Below are positions 1-11,489 of a DNA stretch of 64,000 bases, in pieces. Origin of the DNA: Patescibacteria group bacterium (lineage in GTDB: Bacteria > Patescibacteriota > CPR2 > UBA1875); contig JBGSRK010000011.1 in the NCBI GenBank assembly GCA_041737595.1, positions 66,658 through 130,657 of the forward strand, given 5' to 3'. A program made the translations under genes and the position numbers. The first letter of the stretch is position 1; every line of letters begins with the position of its first letter. The notes under the pieces were generated by a model. It did no database searches. It had not been told where the DNA came from and saw only the letters and a program-made list of their open reading frames with translations.

Positions 1-78
1 AAAACCAAAAGTAAAATTAAAAACAAGAAATCAAAAAAAAAGTCATTAAATAAAAATAATTCAATTCCTTATATCTTT

Positions 79-1584
79 TTGGTTGTTGTAAGAACTTTCA
101 CTTTAGTAATTTTTGCCGCATGTAGCATTTTTGCAAGCGGAGTTTATGCTTACAAAGATAACTTTCGTGAAAAGGCATATTTTGGAACAAAAATATTTGG
201 AGAAGAGGTTGGTGGAAAGACAGAAAAAGAAATAAAGGAAATAATAATTAAAAAAACATCTGAAGTTCGTTTTAATTTTTTAATAGATGGCCAAGAGATT
301 ATAGTAAGACCAGAAGAAGCCGGAATTTTATTTAAAACAGAAAATAGTGCCAGAGTAGCTATTATTGAAGGTAAAAACGAAGGGTGGTATAAATCATTTT
401 TAAAAGCAGGAGCATCTCTAATATTAAAAACTGGTCAGGTAGTATCAGCCGAGAGTTTTGATGATTATTTATCGGGAAATATACCAATAGATTATGAAAT
501 AGATGACGAAATTCTTACTAATTTTACTCAAAATCTTTCAGAAAGATTTAACGTAGAATCTCAAAATGCAGGGCTTGTAATGAATGGGACAGAAGTTCAA
601 GTTATCCCAGCAATATTTGGAAAAAAAATTATTACAGAGTCAGTAAAAAAACAGATTGATGAAGCAATTAAAAATAGCAAAGCTACTACTGTCAAAATAT
701 CTGTTGAAGAAATCCACCCAGATATTGTGGAATCTGATACCAAAGAAACTATTGATTCAGCAAAAAAACTAATAAGTATTCCTATAAAATATCACTATAA
801 AGACAAATATTTTCTTCCTGAACAAAAAAATGTTGCTTCTTGGGTAGTTTTTAACGAGCAAGATGTTGATGGAAAAAAGAAATTAATTCCAGTATTTGAT
901 TCTGAAAAAATGGCTCAATTTATCTTTGGTATTTCTCAATCAATAAACATTCCTGCCGTAAATACAAAAGTAACAATAAAAAATGGGGCAGAAAGAATTG
1001 TAGAAAGAGAAGGAGTTGATGGACTTGCAGTTGATTATAAAAAAGCTGCAGGGCTAACAATTGATAAGTTAAATGCTGGTGTGCCTGTTGATTTAGAATT
1101 GCCAACTTATGTTGTTAAATCTAAAACGCAAGTAAATAATATATTTGTAGCTGATTGGTCTAAATATATAGAAATTAATATTTCTACTCAAACAATGTGC
1201 GCCTATCTTGCAGGCGGTGAAAAAGTTAATTGCTGGGCTGTCACTACTGGGCAAAATAATGTCATTAATGGTGTTAGTACAAAAACTCCTGTCGGAACTT
1301 TTTTAATAACTAGAAAATCTGGTGCCGGGGGTGCTCCTGGTTCGTCTGGCGGTGGAGTTTGTATGCCAAACCCACCTTCAACAACACCACTTTGTGGAAT
1401 AAACTATGTTAGTACTTTTACACCTCAAGGTCATGCAATCCATGAAGCATGGTGGAGAAGTTCTTTTGGTGGTCAGGATTATAAATGGAACGGATCACAT
1501 GGGTGTATTAATGCTACTTATTCAATTGCTCAATTTATTTATTATTGGGCACCAATTGGGACACCAGTTATTACACATTATTAA
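79..1584 (+). CDS. L,D-transpeptidase (YkuD) family protein with N-terminal membrane anchor
   Basis: C-terminal 'GSHGCINATYSIAQFIY' matches the L,D-transpeptidase catalytic His-Gly-Cys motif; hydrophobic N-terminus; TTG/alternative start. Confidence 0.6.
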   Translation: MVVVRTFTLVIFAACSIFASGVYAYKDNFREKAYFGTKIFGEEVGGKTEKEIKEIIIKKTSEVRFNFLIDGQEIIVRPEEAGILFKTENSARVAIIEGKNEGWYKSFLKAGASLILKTGQVVSAESFDDYLSGNIPIDYEIDDEILTNFTQNLSERFNVESQNAGLVMNGTEVQVIPAIFGKKIITESVKKQIDEAIKNSKATTVKISVEEIHPDIVESDTKETIDSAKKLISIPIKYHYKDKYFLPEQKNVASWVVFNEQDVDGKKKLIPVFDSEKMAQFIFGISQSINIPAVNTKVTIKNGAERIVEREGVDGLAVDYKKAAGLTIDKLNAGVPVDLELPTYVVKSKTQVNNIFVADWSKYIEINISTQTMCAYLAGGEKVNCWAVTTGQNNVINGVSTKTPVGTFLITRKSGAGGAPGSSGGGVCMPNPPSTTPLCGINYVSTFTPQGHAIHEAWWRSSFGGQDYKWNGSHGCINATYSIAQFIYYWAPIGTPVITHY

Positions 1585-1603
1585 AATAATTTAAGGAGAT
1601 TTA

Positions 1604-2023
1604 ATGCCACCACAAAATACACCAATACCAAGCCCGGAAATACCAACTTCAGATCAAAAAACTGGAGAAACAGTTAAAATACCTTTAGAAATTAAACCAG
1701 AGGCATCTCCTGCCCCAATATCACCAGAAGCACCAAGAACAGAAACTTATCAAGATCAAGCTACCACTACTCAGCCTATACACCCTGATCCTGCTCCCAT
1801 TGTAGAACCAGTAGATATTAAACCGACTCCAGAACTTGAAGCGGAAGAGCAAAAAGAAGCTGATAAATCAGTTGATATAGATAAAGCTTGGGTTGAAGCA
1901 GCTGATAATATTATTGAAAAAGATAAAGATAAACCTTATGAAGAAGAAGAAGATTCTGAAAAACTAAATATTAATTATCAAAAGAAAGCTTTTGGTAAAG
2001 ATATTGCCAAGGATACTGAATAG
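1604..2023 (+). CDS. hypothetical Pro/Glu-rich acidic protein
   Basis: ORF with AGGAG RBS immediately upstream; low-complexity P/E/T-rich composition. Confidence 0.4.
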   Translation: MPPQNTPIPSPEIPTSDQKTGETVKIPLEIKPEASPAPISPEAPRTETYQDQATTTQPIHPDPAPIVEPVDIKPTPELEAEEQKEADKSVDIDKAWVEAADNIIEKDKDKPYEEEEDSEKLNINYQKKAFGKDIAKDTE

Positions 2024-2105
2024 CTAGAATAAAAATGCGTAAAATATAAAGTGTATTCAAACTATCATTTTATCTGTTAAAATATTTGTATAAAGAGAGG
2101 GTTAA

Positions 2106-4634
2106 TTGATCGAACTTATTATTATAATATTACTCTCAACTATTTTAGCAATTGGGCTAATTATTGTTTCACTTACTACATATAGAAAGAGTAGATACCA
2201 TAAAAAACAAGTAGAGCGTTCTTTGAATATGGTCCCATTTATGATTACTATTCCAAAAGATACTGGTCAGGAAAAAATAGAATCCGGGACCAGAAATCAG
2301 GTTGAAGTTGCTCGTGAAATGATTGCAGTAGCAGAAAATATGTATAATTCATTTTTTGCACTTTATTCAGGTGGAATAAAAAATGCGATTAAAAATTTTA
2401 TTTATCGCCCGATGCATATTTCGCTTGAAATAGTTGCTCATAAAAAAGAAATTTGTTTTTATGTTGCTGTACCATATTTACTTTCTTCAATGATTGAAAA
2501 ATCTATTAGCTCAGCTTACCCAGAAGCTCAAGTTAAAGAAGTTGAAGAACACAATATATTTGATCCAAAAAGAGAAATGGTTGGGGTTAGGGGAGGATAT
2601 GCCTATGGTTATAAAGATCATAGATATCCAATAAAAACATATCAATCAATAGAAAATGAACCACTTGAAACTCTAACAAATGCACTTTCGATGCTTGAAG
2701 AAGATGAAGGAGCAGCAATCCAAATATTAATTAGACCAGTTAACCCAAAGAAGATGCTCGCATCTAAATCACTGGTCCAAAAAATTCAAAAAGGTCCAAG
2801 TAATAAAACAACAGCGATGGATATTGCGGGTGAAATAATAAACCCCAAATCAAAAGAAGATCAAAAACCACCAGAAGCATATAGAACAACTCCTCTAGAA
2901 GAACAGGTAATGAAAGAGGTAGATAGAAAAGCATCTAAATTTGGTTTTGAAACTAGATTTAGGGTTGTTCTTGCTGCACAAACCGATATGAGAGCCGATC
3001 TTTTATGGAAACAGATAAAAAGTTCATTAACTCAATATTCAGATCTTTCTATTAGTGGGTTTAAGTTAAAAAAAGATAAAAATATAAATAGGCTTGTAAC
3101 AAATTATATATTTAGATTTTTTGATGATTCTTTATTTGATTTTGAAAGATTTATGCCAAAACAGAGAGGTTTTGAGTTGATATTAAATTCTGAAGAGCTG
3201 GCATCAATATTCCATCTACCTAACGCACTAGTTCAAACACCAGGGATAAAATGGCTACCCGCAAAGACACAACAGATACCAATTAATCTTCCTAAAGATG
3301 GTATTAAATTTGCTAAAGCAACATTTAGAGGTGAAGAAGAGGATGTTAAAATTACGGATTATGACAAAATGCGGCATGTATATATTATCGGACAAACTGG
3401 TACAGGTAAAACTGTCTTAATGAAAAATATGATGGAATCTGACATAAAAGCTGGAAACGGTCTTTGTTTTATAGACCCACATGGTGACGGGGTTGAAGAT
3501 TTACTTTCAAGAATTCCAAAAGAAAGAGCGGAAGATGTAGTAATCTTTGATGCTTCTGATGTTGAGCGTCCATTAGGGCTTAATCTTTTTGAAGCAAAAT
3601 CAACAGAACAAAAAGACCTTGTTATACAAGAAGCGATTACAATGCTTTATCGTTTATATGATCCAGGCCATCAAGGGATAATGGGGCCAAGATTTGAACA
3701 TTGGTTTAGAAATGCTGCTCTTGCATTGATGGCTGACCCAGAAGGGGGAACATTTATCGAGGTTCCAAGAATTTTTACTGATGATGCATATTTAGCTCAA
3801 AAATTAAAACATGTGACAGATCCAGTTGTTCGTAATTTTTGGGTTAATGAAATGGGACAAACAGCAGATTTCCATAAATCAGAAGTTTTAGGTTGGTTTG
3901 TTGGTAAATTTGGTGCATTTATGACAAACACGACAATGAGAAATATTTTAGGCCAGGTCAAATCTTCCTTAAATCTCAGAGATATTATGGATAATAAAAA
4001 AATCCTTTTAGTAAATCTTTCGAAGGGGTTAATTGGTGAAATGAATATGCAACTTTTAGGTATGATTTTTATTTCAAAAATACAGATGGCAGCAATGAGT
4101 AGAGCGGAACTACCAGATGAAGAACGTATTCCATTTGCTTTATATATTGATGAGTTTCAAAATTTTGTGACAGATAATATTTCAGGGATTCTTTCTGAAT
4201 CGAGAAAATATAAATTATCACTTATTATGGCTAACCAATTTATTGGACAGCTTAGAGATGATATTAAACTAGCAGTTTTTGGTAATGTTGGGACAATGAT
4301 ATCGTTTAGAGTTGGGTCTGAAGATGGGGAGTTTGTTGAAAAACAATTTCAACCAGAATTTAGTTCTCAAGATTTAATTAACCAGGAAAATTTACATGCT
4401 ATAGCTAAGATGACAATAAATGGGTTACCATCAAGACCCTTCACCTTAATTGATTATTTCCCTCCTAAACCAACCGAAGAGGATAAGGAAAGAGCAAAAT
4501 CAATTAAAGAGTTAGCTCGTTTAAAACATGGCCGAGCTCGTGAATCAGTAGACGCTGAAATACAATCTAAAATGAATCTAACTATACCACAAACTCCTAA
4601 AGAGAATATTCCTAGAGAGACAGCAAGGGGTTAA
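2106..4634 (+). CDS. VirD4/TraG-like (TraD/FtsK-superfamily) type IV secretion coupling ATPase with N-terminal TM segment
   Basis: Walker A 'IIGQTGTGKT', 'FIDPHGDG', Walker B-like 'LYIDEFQNF'; N-terminal hydrophobic helix; paralog of 24316-26970. Confidence 0.6.
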   Translation: MIELIIIILLSTILAIGLIIVSLTTYRKSRYHKKQVERSLNMVPFMITIPKDTGQEKIESGTRNQVEVAREMIAVAENMYNSFFALYSGGIKNAIKNFIYRPMHISLEIVAHKKEICFYVAVPYLLSSMIEKSISSAYPEAQVKEVEEHNIFDPKREMVGVRGGYAYGYKDHRYPIKTYQSIENEPLETLTNALSMLEEDEGAAIQILIRPVNPKKMLASKSLVQKIQKGPSNKTTAMDIAGEIINPKSKEDQKPPEAYRTTPLEEQVMKEVDRKASKFGFETRFRVVLAAQTDMRADLLWKQIKSSLTQYSDLSISGFKLKKDKNINRLVTNYIFRFFDDSLFDFERFMPKQRGFELILNSEELASIFHLPNALVQTPGIKWLPAKTQQIPINLPKDGIKFAKATFRGEEEDVKITDYDKMRHVYIIGQTGTGKTVLMKNMMESDIKAGNGLCFIDPHGDGVEDLLSRIPKERAEDVVIFDASDVERPLGLNLFEAKSTEQKDLVIQEAITMLYRLYDPGHQGIMGPRFEHWFRNAALALMADPEGGTFIEVPRIFTDDAYLAQKLKHVTDPVVRNFWVNEMGQTADFHKSEVLGWFVGKFGAFMTNTTMRNILGQVKSSLNLRDIMDNKKILLVNLSKGLIGEMNMQLLGMIFISKIQMAAMSRAELPDEERIPFALYIDEFQNFVTDNISGILSESRKYKLSLIMANQFIGQLRDDIKLAVFGNVGTMISFRVGSEDGEFVEKQFQPEFSSQDLINQENLHAIAKMTINGLPSRPFTLIDYFPPKPTEEDKERAKSIKELARLKHGRARESVDAEIQSKMNLTIPQTPKENIPRETARG

Positions 4635-4714
4635 TTTCCCTCTTTATTTTGGCTCTTAATATGGTACAATTTATGTATAAATATGTAATAAAGTTCGGAG
4701 GGGAACTGTTTTAG

Positions 4715-6763
<2,049 letters not shown>

Positions 6764-7090
6764 ATGGATACAGAATCACAAAAACCTTATATAGATGAAA
6801 CAAGTAACCCTGATGTTCTTGTTGGTTGGTTTCAAGAAGTAAAAAGAGTTTTAGGCGAAGGTTTTGAATTTCAATATGGGCTTTTAGAAAAAGATCTTAC
6901 ACTCGATAAATGTCAAGAATATGATCGAATAATAGAACGAACATTGGCGAGTGATGAATCAAAAGACTTATCTGAAGATGTTTTTAATAAGGTTATTAGA
7001 TATATGAAATTACGAAACAAAGTAAGAGAAATATTAGGGGAAGCATTCACTGCGATGCCTCAAGAAAAAACAGAGGAAGAAAATGACTAA
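6764..7090 (+). CDS. hypothetical small protein inserted between gyrB and gyrA
   Basis: 108-aa ORF; start overlaps gyrB stop (TAAATGG) and end overlaps gyrA start. Confidence 0.4.
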   Translation: MDTESQKPYIDETSNPDVLVGWFQEVKRVLGEGFEFQYGLLEKDLTLDKCQEYDRIIERTLASDESKDLSEDVFNKVIRYMKLRNKVREILGEAFTAMPQEKTEEEND

Positions 7091-9833
7091 AAAAGAATTA
7101 AACGAAAAAGATAAATTGTTCGAAGAAGGGTCAATTGGTAAAGTTGAACTTCGAGATATAAATACTGAAATGCAAGAATCTTATCTTGATTATGCAATGA
7201 GTGTTATTGTTGCTCGTGCTCTTCCTGACGTTCGTGATGGCCTTAAACCAGTCCATCGTCGTATTCTTTTTGCTATGGATTCTGTAGGTCTTCGTTCAAA
7301 TACAAAATATAGAAAATCTGCTACTGTGGTTGGTGAAGTTTTAGGTAAATATCACCCACACGGTGATAGTGCCGTATATGATTCTATGGTTCGTATGGCT
7401 CAAGATTTCTCGATGAGATACCCACTGGTTGATGGTCAAGGTAACTTTGGTTCAATTGATGGTGATAATGCAGCTGCAATGAGATATACAGAAGCTCGTA
7501 TGACAAAAATGGCAGAAGAAATCCTTTCTGATATTGATAAAGATACAGTCGATTTTGTTCCTAACTATGATGGTTCACAAAAAGAACCTGTCGTTTTACC
7601 ATCACGACTTCCTAACTTACTTTTAAACGGGTCAGAGGGTATTGCTGTTGGTATGGCAACTAAAATTCCGCCTCATAATCTTTCTGAGGTTGTTGATGGT
7701 CTTATTTGTGTTATTGAAAATCCGGAATCAACAGTTGAAGATTTAATGAAACATATAAAGGGCCCAGATTTTCCTACTAGCGCTACGATTTATGATAATG
7801 GAGAAATTAAGTCTGCTTACGGTACAGGTAAGGGTAGTATTTTAATGCGGGCAGTTGCAGAAATAGAAGAAGAAAAACGTGGGTTTAGAATAGTTGTTAC
7901 AGAAATCCCTTATCAGGTTAATAAATCATCGTTAATTGAAAAAATGTCAGATTTAGTTCGGGACAAAAAAATTATTGGGATTTCAGATATACGCGATGAA
8001 TCAGATAGAAAACATGCCGTTCGAATTGTTGTTGAACTTAAAAAAGATGCTTATCCAAACAAGGTTTTAAATCAGCTTTATAAGATGACACAAATGCAAT
8101 GTTCTTTTTACATGAACATGATTGCTCTTATAGATCAAATACACCCACAGGTTTTAACCCTCAGAACAATATTAGATGAGTTTATAAAACATAGAAAAAT
8201 TGTTGTACGACGTAGAGCAGAATTTGAACTTAAAAAAGCTAAAGATAGAGCCCATATTTTAGAAGGTCTTTTAATTGCTCTAAATAAAATTGATGAAGTA
8301 ATAGCAACGATTAAAAAGTCAAAAAATCAAGAAGAAGCAAAAAATAATTTAATTAAGAAATTCAAACTAACAGAAATCCAAACTCTTGCTATTCTTGCAA
8401 TGCAACTTCGAACCCTAGCTGGTCTTGAGCGTCAAAAAATCAAAAATGAATATGATGAATTAATGAAAAGGATTAAAGAGCTTGAAGATTTACTTGCATC
8501 TGAAGCCAAGATTCTACAAGTTGTTAAAGACGAACTAATCGAAATTAAAGAAAAATATGGTGATGATCGTAAATCCAAAATCATAAAACAGGCTATTGGT
8601 AAATTTAATGAAGTTGATCTTATCCCAAATGAACAAGTAGTACTTACAATTACAAGTGGTAATTATATTAAAAGAGTTCTTTCTAGTGCATATAGAGCGC
8701 AAGCTCGTGGAGGGAAAGGCGTTCTTGGTATGGCAACCAAAGATGAGGATGCTGTAGACCAAATGGCAGAAGCAATGAACCATGATGATGTATTGTTCTT
8801 TACAAATCAGGGAAGAGTATTTCAGACTAAAGCGTATGAGATTGCTGCATCATCAAGAATTGCAAAAGGCCAACCAATTGTTAATTTATTACAACTTGCA
8901 CCAGAAGAAAATGTTACAGCGTTTGTAACAATCCCAGACATGGAAAACTCTGAAGGTTTCCTAGTTATGTCAACAAAAAACGGAACAATAAAAAAGACCC
9001 AAGTTAAATCATTTGCAAATATTAGAAAAACAGGAATAATCGCGATTGGGATTGATAAAGGAGACGAACTTGGTTGGGTAAAAGAAACAAAAGGTAAAGA
9101 TGAAGTGGTTATTGTTACAGAAATGTCACAAGCAATCCGTTTTGGCGAAAAAGAAATACGACCAATGGGAAGATCAGCTCGTGGTGTTAGAGGAATAAAA
9201 CTTCGAAAAGGTGATAGGGTAATTGGAATGGATATTGTTATCCCTGGTTCAGAGCTTGTTGTTATCACAGAAAATGGATATGGGAAAAGAACAAGTATTG
9301 ATCAATTCACTCCACATCACCGAGGTGGGGTTGGAATAAAAGCAGGTGTTGTTACCCAAAAAACCGGAAAAACTGTTGATATTAAAACCATCACCGAAAT
9401 AAAAGATGATCTTGTTGTTATCTCTAAACAAGGAACAATTATAAGAATACCTTTGAAAAATATTTCAAAAATTGGTAGAGCGACTCAAGGTGTTAGAATT
9501 ATGAAGGTTTCTGATGGGGATAATATTTCTTCTATTGCCAGTATCCCTAAAATAAAAGATCCAGAAGAAAATCAAGAATTAGATAATGCAAAACAACCAG
9601 AATTAAATCTTGGTACAAAAAAGAAAGTAATAGTAAGCAAGAAAAAAACTGAAAAAAAGCCAAATGTTAATAAAAAACCGGTTGTCTCATTATCTACTAA
9701 AACAGAAAAAAAACCTGTTAAAACTAAACAAAATGATTTTAAAAAACAAAAAAAATCTGGTTTTATAGTTAAGAAAATATCAGATAAAAAATCGAATCAA
9801 AAATCTGGCTTTAAAATAAAAAAAATAAAATAG
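7083..9833 (+). CDS. gyrA: DNA gyrase subunit A with ~100-aa lysine-rich C-terminal extension
   Basis: '[21 protein letters not shown]', active-site region '[12 protein letters not shown]', GyrA-box-like 'QAR(GG)KGV' region; tail '[21 protein letters not shown]...KIKKIK'. Confidence 0.95.
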   Translation: MTKKELNEKDKLFEEGSIGKVELRDINTEMQESYLDYAMSVIVARALPDVRDGLKPVHRRILFAMDSVGLRSNTKYRKSATVVGEVLGKYHPHGDSAVYDSMVRMAQDFSMRYPLVDGQGNFGSIDGDNAAAMRYTEARMTKMAEEILSDIDKDTVDFVPNYDGSQKEPVVLPSRLPNLLLNGSEGIAVGMATKIPPHNLSEVVDGLICVIENPESTVEDLMKHIKGPDFPTSATIYDNGEIKSAYGTGKGSILMRAVAEIEEEKRGFRIVVTEIPYQVNKSSLIEKMSDLVRDKKIIGISDIRDESDRKHAVRIVVELKKDAYPNKVLNQLYKMTQMQCSFYMNMIALIDQIHPQVLTLRTILDEFIKHRKIVVRRRAEFELKKAKDRAHILEGLLIALNKIDEVIATIKKSKNQEEAKNNLIKKFKLTEIQTLAILAMQLRTLAGLERQKIKNEYDELMKRIKELEDLLASEAKILQVVKDELIEIKEKYGDDRKSKIIKQAIGKFNEVDLIPNEQVVLTITSGNYIKRVLSSAYRAQARGGKGVLGMATKDEDAVDQMAEAMNHDDVLFFTNQGRVFQTKAYEIAASSRIAKGQPIVNLLQLAPEENVTAFVTIPDMENSEGFLVMSTKNGTIKKTQVKSFANIRKTGIIAIGIDKGDELGWVKETKGKDEVVIVTEMSQAIRFGEKEIRPMGRSARGVRGIKLRKGDRVIGMDIVIPGSELVVITENGYGKRTSIDQFTPHHRGGVGIKAGVVTQKTGKTVDIKTITEIKDDLVVISKQGTIIRIPLKNISKIGRATQGVRIMKVSDGDNISSIASIPKIKDPEENQELDNAKQPELNLGTKKKVIVSKKKTEKKPNVNKKPVVSLSTKTEKKPVKTKQNDFKKQKKSGFIVKKISDKKSNQKSGFKIKKIK

Positions 9834-9871
9834 TCATTAATATCATTCTATAATTAGAGATATAACAAAAA

Positions 9872-9894
9872 AGAGACCGGTAATGTCTCTTTTT
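9872..9894 (+). terminator. rho-independent terminator after gyrA
   Basis: hairpin 'agagac cggtaat gtctct' followed by tttt. Confidence 0.4.
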
Positions 9895-10107
9895 GATTGC
9901 AAAAATATCCCCAACAATCTATTTATAATAATATATAAGCATAAGTACATTATGTACTTCACTTTAGGGGAGTATCTATTATTTATTTTTTTATATATAT
10001 GTTTTATTTTCTGGGCTGATTGAAAGTTTTTTGTTTTAGATATATAATATTCAGTTCGGCAAATGCCGGGTAACTTATACATCGAATACAGGAAGAGGGT
10101 GTTTTAG

Positions 10108-11232
10108 ATGAAGATCGATCATGTGACCTTCTTTCTGAGGGTCCATAAGGTGTCGATTGAAACAGAGATAGATGTCGAAGAGATTGGTTACGGAATCAAA
10201 CTCTATCGTGTTCCAACATTCAATATTGTTCGTGATGGTGAACGATCTCGAGAAATCCGTCCAGGGTCAATCATCAGTGTCTTTTCGAAGGCAGGGAAAG
10301 TTGCTCAGGTCTATGATCTTTCTACTGCCATTCGGGCCTTCAGAGACCATATCCCAAAATCAGCTCAAACGGATTGGGAATGGGTCGAGGCTTGGGTGCC
10401 GAAACTTACACACGCTCAGGTTATTCTCGATTCTTGGTCCAAAGGCGGTCGAGAACATCAAGACGAGGTTCACAGAATCCTTTCTGAGTTCGTGTCAGAT
10501 ACAGCCAAGATGAACTCAAAGGGGAAGAAAGAAGCCAGAGATCTAGTGCGGAAGTTCGAGAACTTGCGCGACAAACTTGATCGCGTAAATCCGCCAGCAG
10601 CCGCAACAGTTGTTGCAACTGCGATTCGTCGGCTCAGAGTACATCGAGTGAAGATCGGGAAAACCGGGGTAAGAGCAGAACGTTGCTATTATTCCTTGGT
10701 CGAGATCAGAGCTCAGTATAGCGAATCACTTGAGCACATTCGATCTGAATCGAAGTACATTGGTTCAAACCCAACAGCTGCGATGAGAGCATTTGATCGG
10801 ATCGATCGGGAGCTTGCAACTCTCAAAATTGCACCTTATCTGCGTCCGGCACAGGAAGCACATAAGATGCTCGATCAGGCCAAGAAAGTCTATCGTGAGG
10901 TTGGCTGGAAACCGGCGAGGGATATTATGCATGATGTGATGTTTCCGTTCTCGGTCGAAAAAACCCTGACGGAGATTACAGAACTTTCTCATCGACTACC
11001 CGCAAAGGATGATCTTATTGGTCTTGAGAAGTTCGCAGAACTCCTCGTCAAATACCAAAAGCGTCTCGAACCTGTAACGAAGCTTCAGACTTCTAACTAC
11101 CAGTGTCTTGCATCGGCGGTTTGTGTTCTTCTCGGAGAAGTCACAAATGCACTCAGCGAAGGACAGTGGTATCTCACTCGTAGGAAGCTTGAAGCTGTTG
11201 ACATTCGTATTCGATTCGAACCTAGGGGGTGA
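10108..11232 (+). CDS. hypothetical protein encoded on a GC-rich (~50%) single-gene island
   Basis: 374-aa ORF with GGAAGAGGG RBS; local GC far above flanks; no recognisable motifs; ends with TGA. Confidence 0.5.
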   Translation: MKIDHVTFFLRVHKVSIETEIDVEEIGYGIKLYRVPTFNIVRDGERSREIRPGSIISVFSKAGKVAQVYDLSTAIRAFRDHIPKSAQTDWEWVEAWVPKLTHAQVILDSWSKGGREHQDEVHRILSEFVSDTAKMNSKGKKEARDLVRKFENLRDKLDRVNPPAAATVVATAIRRLRVHRVKIGKTGVRAERCYYSLVEIRAQYSESLEHIRSESKYIGSNPTAAMRAFDRIDRELATLKIAPYLRPAQEAHKMLDQAKKVYREVGWKPARDIMHDVMFPFSVEKTLTEITELSHRLPAKDDLIGLEKFAELLVKYQKRLEPVTKLQTSNYQCLASAVCVLLGEVTNALSEGQWYLTRRKLEAVDIRIRFEPRG

Positions 11233-11237
11233 TTTTC

Positions 11238-11278
11238 GGCCCCGCACATAGATTTATGTGCGGGGCTTTCATTTTTAT
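11238..11278 (+). terminator. rho-independent terminator
   Basis: GC hairpin 'ggccccgcacata gattt atgtgcggggc' followed by a T-rich tract. Confidence 0.5.
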
Positions 11279-11489
11279 ATTTTATCTAAATTAATTATGA
11301 TTTTTTTGTGGATAAAATGCTCTTGACGTTTATAATCATGGGAGTAATATTGTAAATGTAATCTTTCGGGTAAAGCTCGAAGGGTGGATATAAAAACAAA
11401 AACCAGTATTCTATGGGCACAAGTCTATGGAAAGAAACAATGTTTTCTTTCTTTTGGCATGTGCCTAATTTGTTTAAATAATTAATTAG

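Noticed and set aside
920-1594. Antisense or alternate-frame ORFs 920-1105(-) and 1406-1594(+) within the L,D-transpeptidase gene; similar short ORFs inside gyrB, gyrA, the 1668-aa gene, recombinases, purF and others
   Set aside because: Embedded in longer, motif-supported genes; low-complexity translations.
10172-11247. ORFs 10172-10513(+), 10421-10618(-), 10765-10992(-), 10996-11247(-) in the GC-rich island
   Set aside because: They overlap the 374-aa ORF, which has the RBS and terminator; these are GC-driven stop-free frames.
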